Of a stretch of DNA of 64,000 nucleotides, positions 52,641 through 64,000 are shown piece by piece. Below the pieces are notes generated by a model, which made no database searches, was not told the DNA's origin, and saw only the letters and a list, made by a program, of their open reading frames with translations. Within the stretch, counting starts at the first letter, position 1. Each line of letters begins with the position of its first letter. The position numbers were made by a program, and so were the translations under genes. Source of the stretch: Rotaria socialis (lineage: Eukaryota); contig CAJNYD010000011.1 in assembly GCA_905331295.1 (NCBI GenBank), positions 126,189-190,188 on the forward strand, given 5' to 3'.

Positions 52641-53420
52641 ATTCGTTCAGTAAAAGCATACCTAAATAAGCAAGAGAATAGATTTTCATCAATGAATAGA
52701 TTATTCTTCGATTAAAGAAACTAAACTTTATTTGATTCAAAATGTTTTCAAATCGATTAACTCATGCTCAGATATAGGCAAACTATCGAAGAGTGCACTA
52801 AATCCGAGAGATTATGAATGCTAGCTATAAAATAATTGTTTCCCATCATGCTTACTTAATTCAACGTAAAACAGTAGCATAGTTTTATTCTTTAATATTA
52901 TTAGTAAATAATGATGATAAAATAGTTGAAGATCGAGAACTAAGAAACCAAACTCGTTAGCAATGAGTCAATCGTTAACGTAAAATGAACAATAAAAATG
53001 TAAAGTTGTAGTTTTAATACAAAATAAAACAAAGATATTTGTAGCTAAGAGAGATGACTCGATCAAAATCAGTGACATCTATATGATTTTTAAATTACGA
53101 TGCCCCTATTTTTTTAACACTTTTCTTACTTAGTGCTTTTGAGTCGAGAATAAATTAGAATATGACTTCAGAATGAGTGTGTATGTTCTATAAGTGATAT
53201 TTCAGAAACAAATGTATGATTACTAAGCCAATCCGTTGCATCAAACCACAGATCAATCAATCAATCAATCCTATCAAGCTGACAAGAACAAATAACTTTT
53301 TTTTAAAAGTTTTATTCTAATTTGTAATAAGAAAAAAATAATAATCATTGTATATTTTATTATTCACGATAATGACAAGAATTTGTTAAATAAATATAAA
53401 TAAAATTTTAGATTAATAAT

Positions 53421-54747
53421 ATGCATGAATCAACAGGTCGAACAATCAATTCATCATCATTATTAATATCAAATGCAAATCGTTCATTGAACGTTAATCC
53501 ACCGAAATTAACTCGGTCATTGCCTCAAGATAATGCTACGAAAAAACTGAAAGTTAATCATGGAAATGGTGTTAAACCTACGATCGATGGAAATTCTACT
53601 GTTCGAAGTTTGTTACACCTGTTTATTCTATGTTTACAATTTTGTTTTTGTTTACATTTCATAGGTTCGAAATCTGATACATCATTAAGATGTCCTTTGC
53701 GGCAAACATTACCGATATTTAAGCAACCTGTCACCCACTATCCAACAGATCGTGATGAAGTCAAGGCTCAAATTAATAATGCAACAAAGTCGAATGCTAA
53801 CGGAAAGCCAAGCGAGAAAACAAAGCCGAGACAGCTTTTCTGGGAGAAACGTTTTCAAAATATTAGACCGAGCGATATTGATGAAAAACCTTTCGAACAA
53901 ATTAAATTACCAGAACCAATAAAAAGTAAAAAGAAAAAGAAAACTCCTATGCCTTGATGTATAAAGGAAATATTCAAAGTGACGATTTTCGTTTGACTTC
54001 ATTGAATAGAGTATATTGACGTCAAAAAAACATATTAACAGACTTCCGACCTCGACATTTTTCTGCAACAGAGTTCAATAGTCATGAATATTTAAGAGAC
54101 AACAAATATCAAATGAAATGGATCATTGTGCCATCTCGAGTTTCTTGAAATTTTGGTACAACTTAATTTATTTTTAATCCTCTATCATAAGTGTCGATTG
54201 CTATTAAATTTTTGAATTTAATACTTGATATAGACATTAAATAAAATGAAATATTAGAACATCTAACAGATCCACTGCATTTTCTCTATAAGTTTTGATA
54301 TTTTATTTCAAAATCTTTTTTCGTAATATTGATATCACGTCAACTTCAAAAACAATAAATCAAAAATGATTAACTTAACATTGAATAGAGTGATGAACTA
54401 ATGTATGCTGTTACTTTTTTTCTTCCAGGTGTTGGTTTGAACATGTCACCTGAAACTGTTCTGATCAGTCTCGCAACATCACTTCATCTTTATAGCAATT
54501 CACGTGCATTATTTGGTCAAAATAAACAATTTCAAAAAAATCCAACAATTTATATTCAACGCGATCAACCATTAATTAATGTTAGTTCATTAATTAAAAT
54601 CTCTCTAAAAAAAAAATATATATATATATGTACATTTTTCTTTTCTAGTATATTAACATTACGGACGAACATATTCGTGCTCAAGAGGAAAAAGTCAATG
54701 AATTACGTAAACGTATTCAACAAACGATGTATAGTACTGAAGCTTAG
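53421..54747 (+). CDS. MBD2/MBD3-family NuRD subunit retaining the C-terminal regions but with no visible MBD domain
   Basis: PLRQTLPIFKQPVT; KPRQLFWEKRF; LPEPIK|GVG...LISLATSLHL; KNPTIYIQRDQPLI; ITDEHIRAQEEKVNELRKRI. These match the MBD2/3 IDR, HDAC-core-binding and p66-binding coiled-coil segments. Confidence 0.88.
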
Positions 54748-55723
54748 AAGACACTTGATTTTAATGTATAGAAAATGCTTTTTGTTTTTTTGTGTATATC
54801 ATCATGATGTGTTTGGATGAATTCGTTAAATGTGTAGAAATGAATAAAGAACATAGTTCGAATCCAATCGAAAGCATTTTTAATCTATAACACTGTTGTT
54901 GCCCATGATGATTTTCTATATCAATGGGAATCTCTCTGAAAAAAAATAAATGTTGATGTTGATATCCTGAGGCACAACAATTGAGTAAAAATATAATCGA
55001 GTAAACTATTGAATATATTCACTCGAGATTATAAATATAAATATAAATATGGTATTCATTTAATCATGGAATATGATTCTTTTTTTCTTCTATCTCTCAG
55101 TGTAGTTAATCCACGCATAAATGTTCTTCATAATTTATTCTTCAAGGAATTCATAAGCGAAAAAACACGAGAGAATGTTAATTTTTTAGCCATTCATTTT
55201 GTTTTCCTATTTTGTATTTTTAAGAATCATTGAACTACAATGTGCACGCATCGATTCAATTAGAACGGGTCCTGAATAATAACCCCGCGTTTTATGAAGG
55301 TTGCTTTGTAATATTTGTTGAGCGTAGTGAATTGATGCACACGCCACATATCCATAGACACGCACACATAGAACTTAAATCATTGTATAGACAGGCTGTC
55401 ATGTTGTGAAAGAGAATGCTCAACGTAGTATTCATTGAACTGTTTATAACGATTAGGACACGTGTACGCACTTTAGACTATATGGGACGAAGAGAGGAGA
55501 AAAACTAATTTGATGATATTGATGTAGTTCGGCACTTTTAACACAAGAGAATCGAATAGTTATGATCACGCATGCATTTAATATGTTTATTAAAAAATGA
55601 GAATTATAGTAATTCTCAATGTTTAAAGGTCGTATAGTGTTTTCATTTGTCATGCCAATTTTCTTTTTCTTTATTTAGCATTATTTTACAAATAATTACT
55701 ATATCACGATAAACTCTAGGCTA

Positions 55724-56998
55724 TTATCTTGTATGAGAGGTTCGCAAATGAGTTTTTCTCTTACATGAAAATAAATTGTAAAAATTGTTTCGAAAATCGA
55801 TTGAACAAAAATAATAGATAAAAAATCGAATAACATGTGTTGTTGTTGATAAATTTGTAAATAAAAGCGATAATGTACGGCGTAAACTTAAAGGTTCAAT
55901 GTGTGGACGGAAAAAAGAAAAAATAACAGTCGATGGAAATGTCAATACAAAATAAGATAATGTTATAAATATTAATGACAAGGTTAATTTTCTGCTATGT
56001 CGATTCAATGATCTTGATTTAGTCTTATTCACTTTTCTTAATGGTGTTATTGATAAACGTTGCACTGAAAATCGTTGTTTATGTCTCTCTTCTGTAGGTG
56101 AAATTACCGTTGATGAGCTTTGACTTCTATGGCTATGCAAACGTTTTTTACTATCGAAGACGATCCGCATTAGTAAGGAATTTAAAATGAATAAAATAAC
56201 ACTGGGCAAAGCCGAATAGATACATAAATGAATACGTTGATACCATAACATGTAGGTGCTGAAATATCTATTTTGATAACATATTATACTACCTTCCGGC
56301 GAACGGTAACCATTCATCCAAAGTATATGAATATTTGCAAGAAAAATTGAAATCGTTATACATAAACATATAATTATTGTATATGATCGTTGACAAATAA
56401 ATTGAAAATATTGTATTTTTGATATTAGTAAATAGCGATTTAATGAACCAAATGCTAATATCCAAGATGATGTTTGGAGAATAGAGAAAGCTGGAAAAAA
56501 GATAATGAAAAAAAAAGGTTTTTTTTCGAAGGATTTTTTTTTTAAATGAAATCTGTCAAGATAGACTGATATTTTTCATTTGTTTATCTATGATTTCTTA
56601 CCTATATACGACAGAAGACGACATAGTGACAGAGAATATTCTTCGAGATTTCTTTTAACAACAATAATATTGATGCTATCACTAGTAAGAAAGTCTAAAC
56701 TTCCATCTTTACTAATATTTTTACCATAATAAATCAATTGATAGTCAAGATTAAACTCTCGTATGACATAATTTAAATTAAATGTATACAAAACAATGGT
56801 ATCAAGGATAGCTAAATATCCGAATATAATTTTTATTGAGCTGGACCGGTTTTCTTTTTGAAAGTAAACTAAACAGCAAAGTAGATTACATGGTGTACCA
56901 ATTAAAATAAGAACCAGAGAATATATAGCAAGTACACGATCAGCTAACTGTGCGTCGGCCTGACTGCGCATTGAAAATAAATTGGATGAATCATTCAT
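55724..56998 (-). CDS. Class A (rhodopsin-like) GPCR, peptide-receptor-like, 2 exons
   Basis: TM1 LILIGTPCNLL; TM2 YLAILD; TM3 CRLLSYI|AFSILQTSSWILAFGSLNRYL (NRY for DRY); TM5 IYSALPSVILFILN; TM6 YFVLTFP; TM7 IRFFIYY. Intron about 56601-56492. Confidence 0.85.
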
Positions 56999-57568
56999 GA
57001 TTTATTTGTATATGATTGTTCAAGCAGCCAAGAACAAAACACAAATGAATCTCATTCAATTTTGTTTTACATTCACGTGCATTTCTTCCTTTTTTCTTCT
57101 TCGTTCTCTTTTCTCCGTATTCCTCTCCAAGCCTCATCAGTGTTCTCTTATCCTCCCCTCTCTCTGGTGCGCGTTCCCTCTAACTGATGACATCAACTCT
57201 CTCTTTTACTTATTAGAAACGAGAAAATATAAATGTAAAAGGTGTACGCAGCCAAGTTTCTGATGGTATACACGTTATTATTGTAAAATGTTCATTTTAC
57301 CACATATATATGTATATTACTGGTTTCATGTTTACAAAAAATTTTTTATGATATTATAGCAACAGTTGCAATTAGGATAACCATAACATAATTATATTAC
57401 TTGTTCATATGTCGATGTGACATAAAGATATCAGTAGATCAACTTACATTCGATAGTACAAGACATGATAGTAGGGATACTATTAAAATCGACCAATCAG
57501 TTGCATCGAAATCAGACATACGAATATACGTTTACTTATTGAGATGTAAAAATAAAACTTGGCACATA

Positions 57569-58462
57569 CTTAGGTCTGATCAAAAGTTCTGCAATTTAAA
57601 AACAAATTAAAGAAAAAGAAAGTCCGAGTTTTATTTTATTAAATGTTGCTGATAGTTGCCATGATTATATATATCAAGTTGAATCCTTTCTAACAATTTG
57701 TTAAAAGGGTTTTTGAACTTTCTTTCGAAAATATTTTAGGTACCTTGGATACCACATGAACTAATCATATTTCATTTATTTTATTAGCGAAACTACGTTC
57801 AATAGAATTGGTTAGCCAAAAATTACATAGTATCAGGTCTGGCGAATATGATGGATATGACGTTACATCGATCCCTTCTTCTGTTATCTAATTAATAACA
57901 TTGGATAAGTATGGAGACAACGATGATCGTCAAGCAATTTTGGCCCTGATATCTCTGTTTATTTCCAAATTTCATTCCCAAAAGCCTTCGGATAATTTTC
58001 AATATAATACTTGTGACTTACAGTCCTGCCTTTATCTACACTGACGACTATTTGATTTAAAGAATATACTAAACAAAGTTTTGGTTAATATCTGCCTTCA
58101 TGAACAATAGTTTTTGACGATTGATCTTCAACAAGCCAGCTAGCATCAGATGACTTATGGCTAACCTATCGAAAATAGATCCATATCCCATCACTAGTAG
58201 TGCTAGCACGCAACTGCCATGATCGAACAAAATTTCACAAAATTTTTAAAACAATGAAATATGATTAGCCCATCTGGTATCCAAGGTACCTAAACTATTT
58301 TCGAAAGAAAGTTCAAAAAACCTTTTAACAAATTGTTAGAAAGGATTCAACTTGATATATATATAATCATGGCAACTATCAGCAACATTTAATAAAATAA
58401 AACTCGAACTTTCTTTTTCTTTAATTTATTTTTAAATTGCAGAACTTTTGGTCAGACCTAAG
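57569..58462. mobile_element. mariner-derived non-autonomous element with about 185-bp inverted arms and TA TSD
   Basis: TA|CTTAGGTCTGATCAAAAGTT ... AACTTTTGGTCAGACCTAAG|TA. Arms 57569-57753 and about 58276-58462. Minus-strand remnant YPSYSPDLILCNF (mariner YSPDL motif) near 57820-57858. Confidence 0.9.
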
Positions 58463-61455
58463 TATATACGAGTAGCATACGGATTATTGATCTATTGCAT
58501 ATTTTCATCATCATGTCATATTTTATCAGACTGGTACATAATTACTGCTATTATCATTTGATTGATAAGACAATTTTCTATAATCTTGCTGATCGACTAA
58601 AACTAAAATACTAAAAATATCCGTTGAAAAATATAATATATTTTTGATATTTGGATGAACATGTTCTTTTGTTTATCAATTATACTATCAAAATAGATAA
58701 TTCATGTTTCCCTTGACAATCGGGTGTGAATAGGTCTCGGCAGCTTGAAATGTATGTTTTGTAGATTGCAGAGTAGTAAAAATATAGATGGCAAAGAGTA
58801 AAATGTTAAAAGCAGAACATGCTTTCTACCTGATTAAATCATCGTCGTTGATAAACATGTTATGTCTCACTTTAAATGAACCATAAATTCTATGATCGAT
58901 TGAATTTTTCATCATCCGAACCGCCTCTCCTAACTTGTTTTTATCTTTCTTTGCTAGAATGAATAGCAATTTTAGGCAAAAACAGCTTTTCAATCTGATC
59001 CAATAGTTTTTGGAAATGTTAATGAATGAACGAACAAATAGAGCGGAAAACATATCATACTGGCAAATAAGGATAAGTAAGATATCATTTTCTTTTACTT
59101 GGTTGTTACTGCTTATTTATTTGCCTTTGGCTTTTATCCGTGGACTGATAGATAGTAAAATGATTCGGAAACCTGTCTGTCATTCTGGTACAAAAAGAGG
59201 AAAAAAGCAATTACAATGCATTAATCACAAAAGGATGTAGGCAATGGAACGAATCTAACGCTTGTTTGCTGGATTAATATTTAGGACAAGATTCTCTATT
59301 ACATAAAATTCTAGGTCATTTATTAAGTGAATAAGAGGGAAAAGCTTTTACCGTTAGGGTCAATAATGTACACATGTGCTGTATCAATAGCAACGATTTT
59401 GTTTATATAAAATACTGATGAAGTCCTCTGAATTCTATAATGATAGACACGGTATACGTTTGTTTAGGCGATCTTCTACTGTCACTATTATCTTTATTGA
59501 TGGAAACTATATGTTAAAAATGATAAAGTAGTGAATCAAAGCGGGATTCACCTGGCATCAGAAACGTTGGTTTTTTTTGTTTCATCTATTTATAAAAACA
59601 AAACACTAATTTTTCTAACCTCTATCAGTTTAATGTAGACTATCACGAGAATAATCTATTTGCCGAGTAGTTTTTCTGAATATTTTTTATTACAAAGGTA
59701 AATGTAACATTCTTCATGACCTTTAAGGTCATTTCCCGCGTTTCGAGCGGTTTTTGTTTTCTTCTCAAAAAAAAAAGACAATCGAAACGAAGTTTTAAAC
59801 TACAGGGATAAAACTAAGAACCTAATTTTTTCGTAAAGATCGGAAGCGATACTTGTCACTAACTATCAAATATTGTGATGTATGCACGAGTGACTTATTG
59901 CATATCTAAACTATTACATAAATCTCTAGTGAAGACTTATTTTATATTTCAATCCCGACAGGAGTGCACTGACAGTTTTTCTAGAATTATTCTATTTTTG
60001 ACATAGAAAAACGTACTATTTTAGATTTCATTCTCAACAAGACATTAACAATGAAAAAGAATAATTTTCAATTCGAATTAGAATCAATAATAAAAGATGT
60101 TATTTTTTATTGTAAAATAATCGGATTTACTAGTGCCTACTAATTTATCATTCATTGAAAATATGAGTAAAAAGCCTAGCTTTATACTATAATAGCATTA
60201 CCATGAGAAATATCAAGAAAAATCAAATTAACAATAAATTTAAAACGGAACCATCATAATTAACTCGTGCTACACTTTGCAGTCTTATGTCTCCGCCCAA
60301 ATCTAATCATGTCAGTATCGTAACCAGTATTTCCATAAAATTGTCCTCTACTTGAAAAACAACGAAGTCAATTTAACTTTTGTTCGAGGGAGAATAAATA
60401 TTTTGGAAAAATTCCCTCTTCATATAAGCATAATAATAATGCAGAAAAAAAGTAAGACCGACATGCATTAAAATATTTTTTCTTTATCTAGAGGAAGTTA
60501 TCCCGCAGCAATAATTTCCTATAATAAAGCTTTTAATAAAGAAAATGACTTCTAAGTTGGGTAATTATTTTGCAACACTTTTCAACAAAATGATAAAGGT
60601 TAATTATTAAAGTCGAGTTCAGAACATGCGCAATATTCATGTCTGATAAGCCTTTTCAGACATCCATCAATTAATTTTTATATTCTATAAGAACTTTCCA
60701 GGGTTCCTTGTTAATTGTTTGAAAATTCGATTCAAAATAGTACGAAAAAAAAACGAAGCGCTTTAATTATTTCTTATTCTATTCTGATGTGTAAAGAGAT
60801 TGATTGAAAATCAAGTATAGGTCGATTTTTATGAGAAAAATATCACAGTCATAATATTATCCCCCAACAAAATATCACAATACCATTTGCAAATTTACTG
60901 CCTTCAAAGTAGTGAGGAAATTAATTGAATTAGCGCGTAGGATTAGCGTAGATCATTTTCAAACATATTCAAGTGGAACTCCGATTTTTTTCATTTCAAC
61001 GATTACCAAGTATTGATTGCTACCAGAACGACAATAGGAAATATGATATGAGGAATTTTATGGATTACAAAGAAATGTTTTAATTCTATTTTCTTTTAAC
61101 GAAATATTTCTTCACCGAGTGTTTACTGAATTCTCAGGTAATGCAATAAGAAATTAGTTTACTCGTTGTAATAAGATACTATTGATATTTGATTTTATAA
61201 TTGTGTCTCCGCATGTTCTGTTACAGTAGGTGACATTGCGGAATAGTGCTACTGGCAAATATATGTATTACTCTCTGGCCCTAATGCAGAGGATATTGTT
61301 GAAGAATGTGTCAGTTATGTGTGTGATGAGTCGTGTTTAATATAATTGTCAGATTTCGCAATGATCTGCATTAGAAAAATAAATTTATAGTTGATGTGCA
61401 TCAACAGTTCTGTTAGATTCTGTTTTTAGCAAATAAAATATGAATAAATCTATTA

Positions 61456-63116
61456 CTTAGGGGTATCCAAAAGTAGTGGCAGTGACATTTTAATATCGCA
61501 TAGTCAGCTTCAAGAAACTTTTTCTCGATATAGTCTGATAGAGAAAAAGATGTTCTATTTTTCTATGCTATTTGATCATACTTCAATTAATATCATAACA
61601 ATAGAATTTCGATAAAACCTGTTTTTCTATCATATGTGACGGTTATACTAAATCTTATTCACTGAACATTTTTGGGACAAGTTTTGATAAAAAAAAAGAT
61701 AGAGAAGTGCGGTTTTCATTGTTCGAAAGAGAAAATAAAGATGCTTGTAATCTTATATTATAAGTTTATTGACATGGCCTTTTAAAGGTTTTCAATCAAC
61801 TTCTTTGAAAGCATACCCAGCTCCTGAGATGTTTACAATGAATCCTAAACTTTCAGCTGTGTGTTGAAATCGCCGTTGGAAGATCTACACAAACTGCACA
61901 AGGTTGAGATATTTTGAATCAATCATTCAAATGTTACAGATTCTTTAATCAAAACTCTAAGTAATTTTTCAAACAATCTCTGTGAAGAAACAAAAACCAT
62001 TCTATTCCATACTTAGAAAATTGATTGAAATGGTTTCAGATAACGTCTGGAGAAATGTGTAATCTGTAATTCGATGCGTCTCCATCTCTGCTTTTCAATG
62101 GTGAAAATTGTAATTATCTGTCTTGTTTATATCCAAAGATACAGAAAACAGATCCTGCAGCCGTCACGTATGGTCGAAAAAACATCTTGTCGAAATTTTA
62201 TTATTATGACATTAGTTCAAGTATCATCAAATACCATTGAAAAATAGAGCATCTGTGACTCTAACAGACTATACTGAGAGAAAGTTTCTTGAAGTTTGTT
62301 AGACGCAGGGGTGCAGAATCTGCCGCAAAAATACAAAATTTCCCCAGACGGAAATTTTCTTTTCGGGAAATTTCCCCCACTATAAAATTGAATAATAAAG
62401 CAAGGAATCCTCGTTTAAGATGTAGGTATATCCTTAAAAAAATTGTCAATAGTCTATGACTTGTTCTTTCATAATTCTTGCCATTGATGTTCTAAGTTTC
62501 TCAAAAACCTACCGACTGTCTAAATATAACAGAAGCAGCTTATATACTTCATGTAAAGATTACAGAAAAAAATTGAATTTATCTATATGTACCAACAGGT
62601 GCTTCATATAACTCTTGTAGATTTAGCGTATCAACAAATCTAACACCACCTAAACTGCTTCGAATAAAAAACAAANNNNNNNNNNNNNNNNNNNNNNNNN
62701 NNNNNNNNNNNNNNNNNNNNNNNNNNNNNNNNNNNNNNNNNNNNNNNNNNNNNNNNNNNNNNNNNNNNNNNNNNNNNNNNNNNNNNNNNNNNNNNNNNNN
62801 NNNNNNNNNNNNNNNNNNNNNNNNNNNNNNNNNNNNNNNNNNNNNNNNNNNNNNNNNNNNNNNNNNNNNNNNNNNNNNNNNNNNNNNNNNNNNNNNNNCA
62901 CCATAAGGAAATATTTAAATTAACGATTCCTAAAAATAACTTAACCAGATATCATTGTGATAAAGAAACAACTGAAAGTAGCAGAACAATTACCAGTGGT
63001 GATTATGAGGATGCTAATAAATTTGAAAAATAACAGCAAGAAAATGTCATTCTATAATCTGCTGGCTTAGCAAAACCCATAAATCAGCACTGCCACTACT
63101 TTTGGATACCCCTAGG
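61456..63116. mobile_element. Tc1/mariner-type non-autonomous element, 29-bp TIRs, TA TSD; contains an assembly gap (about 62676-62898)
   Basis: TA|CTTAGGGGTATCCAAAAGTAGTGGCAGTG ... CACTGCCACTACTTTTGGATACCCCTAGG|TA (1 mismatch). Confidence 0.85.
61531..62271. mobile_element. Nested MITE with about 115-bp degenerate TIRs and TA TSD
   Basis: TA|TAGTCTGATAGAG...TGTGACGG (61531-61642) versus CCGTCACG...CTCTAACAGACTA|TA (62161-62271). Confidence 0.75.
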
Positions 63117-63296
63117 TAACTTACTGATTTATTTCTAATTTAACAGTTTAAAAGACAAACTTATAAGAAAAACCTATACAAAGATAACCTATAAATCGTT
63201 GTTAGCTCTAAGATATAAGGAATGAAAGAGAGATATATAAAGAGCGAAATAGACAAGCAATGTCACTGATGTTATGTGACAGAACGAAGCAAAATA

Positions 63297-63368
63297 TGAC
63301 CTTCATGGGGGTCGAACCCATACCTTCTGCTGTCCGGGCAGATGTCCTACCAGTTAGACTAGAAGAAC
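63297..63368 (-). tRNA. tRNA-like sequence (pseudo-tRNA or tRNA-derived repeat), nominal anticodon GGA
   Basis: 72 nt: GTTCTTC TA GTCT AACTGGTA GGAC A TCTGC CCGGACA GCAGA AGGT ATGGG TTCGACC CCCAT GAAGGTC A. A/B-box-like sequences present, followed by TATTTT. One acceptor mismatch and C at position 33. Confidence 0.6.
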
Positions 63369-63555
63369 GTATTAATCTTCGTTTAGCGTTAGTGACGGAT
63401 CACACTAACGCTAACAATCGTGATCAATATTTAGGCTCTCATAGTCACAAGTGAACTAAAGTTTAACATTTAGACAAATAAAAATAGACTAAAAACTATC
63501 GCACATATTCCTTATTGACTTATCGATTCACACAAGTCACGCGTACGAATTGCTC

Positions 63556-63725
63556 CCCAGGTCGAGCATTACAGTGACCTGATACGATCGTAAACGGCCG
63601 TATACGGCAACGTATACTACCGTTTTATAACGTTTCCGACTGTAAATCGCCGTAATTCTACGTTTTGGCATGCACCGTATTTCGCCGTGTCGTAAACAGT
63701 TACTAACGGCCGTAATGTGGTCGAA
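63556..63725. mobile_element. Truncated MITE-like repeat starting CCCAGGTCGA, with ACGG/CCGT-rich interior
   Basis: Same terminus as the 31161-31457 element; repeated cgtaaacgg/ccgtat motifs; right TIR not found. Confidence 0.5.
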
Positions 63726-64000
63726 TATTTAGTTGCACACCTTTTGTTGTAATCATCATTAACTAAATTTTCTAGTTGAATAACATCATATTTTTGAAAG
63801 CTACTATAATCAGTAACAAATAATCTGATCGAATAATTCCTAGTCATTCTGATAGTGCTTTACAAGGATTAATTATTTTATTTAGATCTGCAGTCTTATT
63901 TACATCGTCTTTTTTAAATTGATTTTATGTGATCTAAATTCTAAAAGAGTATTGGCGGAGACATATGAAGTATTGATTGTTGCCACAGCGTCATATACAT

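Noticed and set aside
63359..63414. Helitron 3' end (hairpin followed by CTAG|T on the minus strand)
   Set aside because: The CTAG lies inside the tRNA-like fold, spacing is about 20 nt and no 5' TC end could be identified

Overview
This is AT-rich eukaryotic genomic DNA with many short (about 50-75 bp) GT-AG introns. Gene style, intron size and a bacterial-type domain carrying introns suggest a bdelloid rotifer (inference). Contents, left to right: (1) a full-length outer-arm axonemal dynein heavy chain gene (DNAH5/8-like, about 213-20999); (2) an intronless small heat-shock protein with two alpha-crystallin domains and a C-terminal Cys-rich/CaaX tail; (3) an orphan minus-strand ORF; (4) a nested cluster of decayed DNA transposons (about 26.3-31.7 kb); (5) a minus-strand tandem array of three related genes, two apparently intact and one TE-truncated, encoding type II membrane proteins with repeated cytoplasmic exons and a bacterial-like jelly-roll/lectin-like ectodomain; (6) a GABA-A/GRD-like Cys-loop receptor; (7) an ASH1L-like chromatin reader (FxLP-like motif, bromodomain, PHD, BAH) with no SET domain; (8) an MBD2/3-like gene with no visible MBD domain; (9) a class A GPCR; (10) several Tc1/mariner-derived MITEs and a tRNA-like element. 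The best candidates for something new are the receptor array, the SET-less ASH1L and the putatively lipid-anchored sHSP. All homology calls come from reading motifs by eye; no searches were run.
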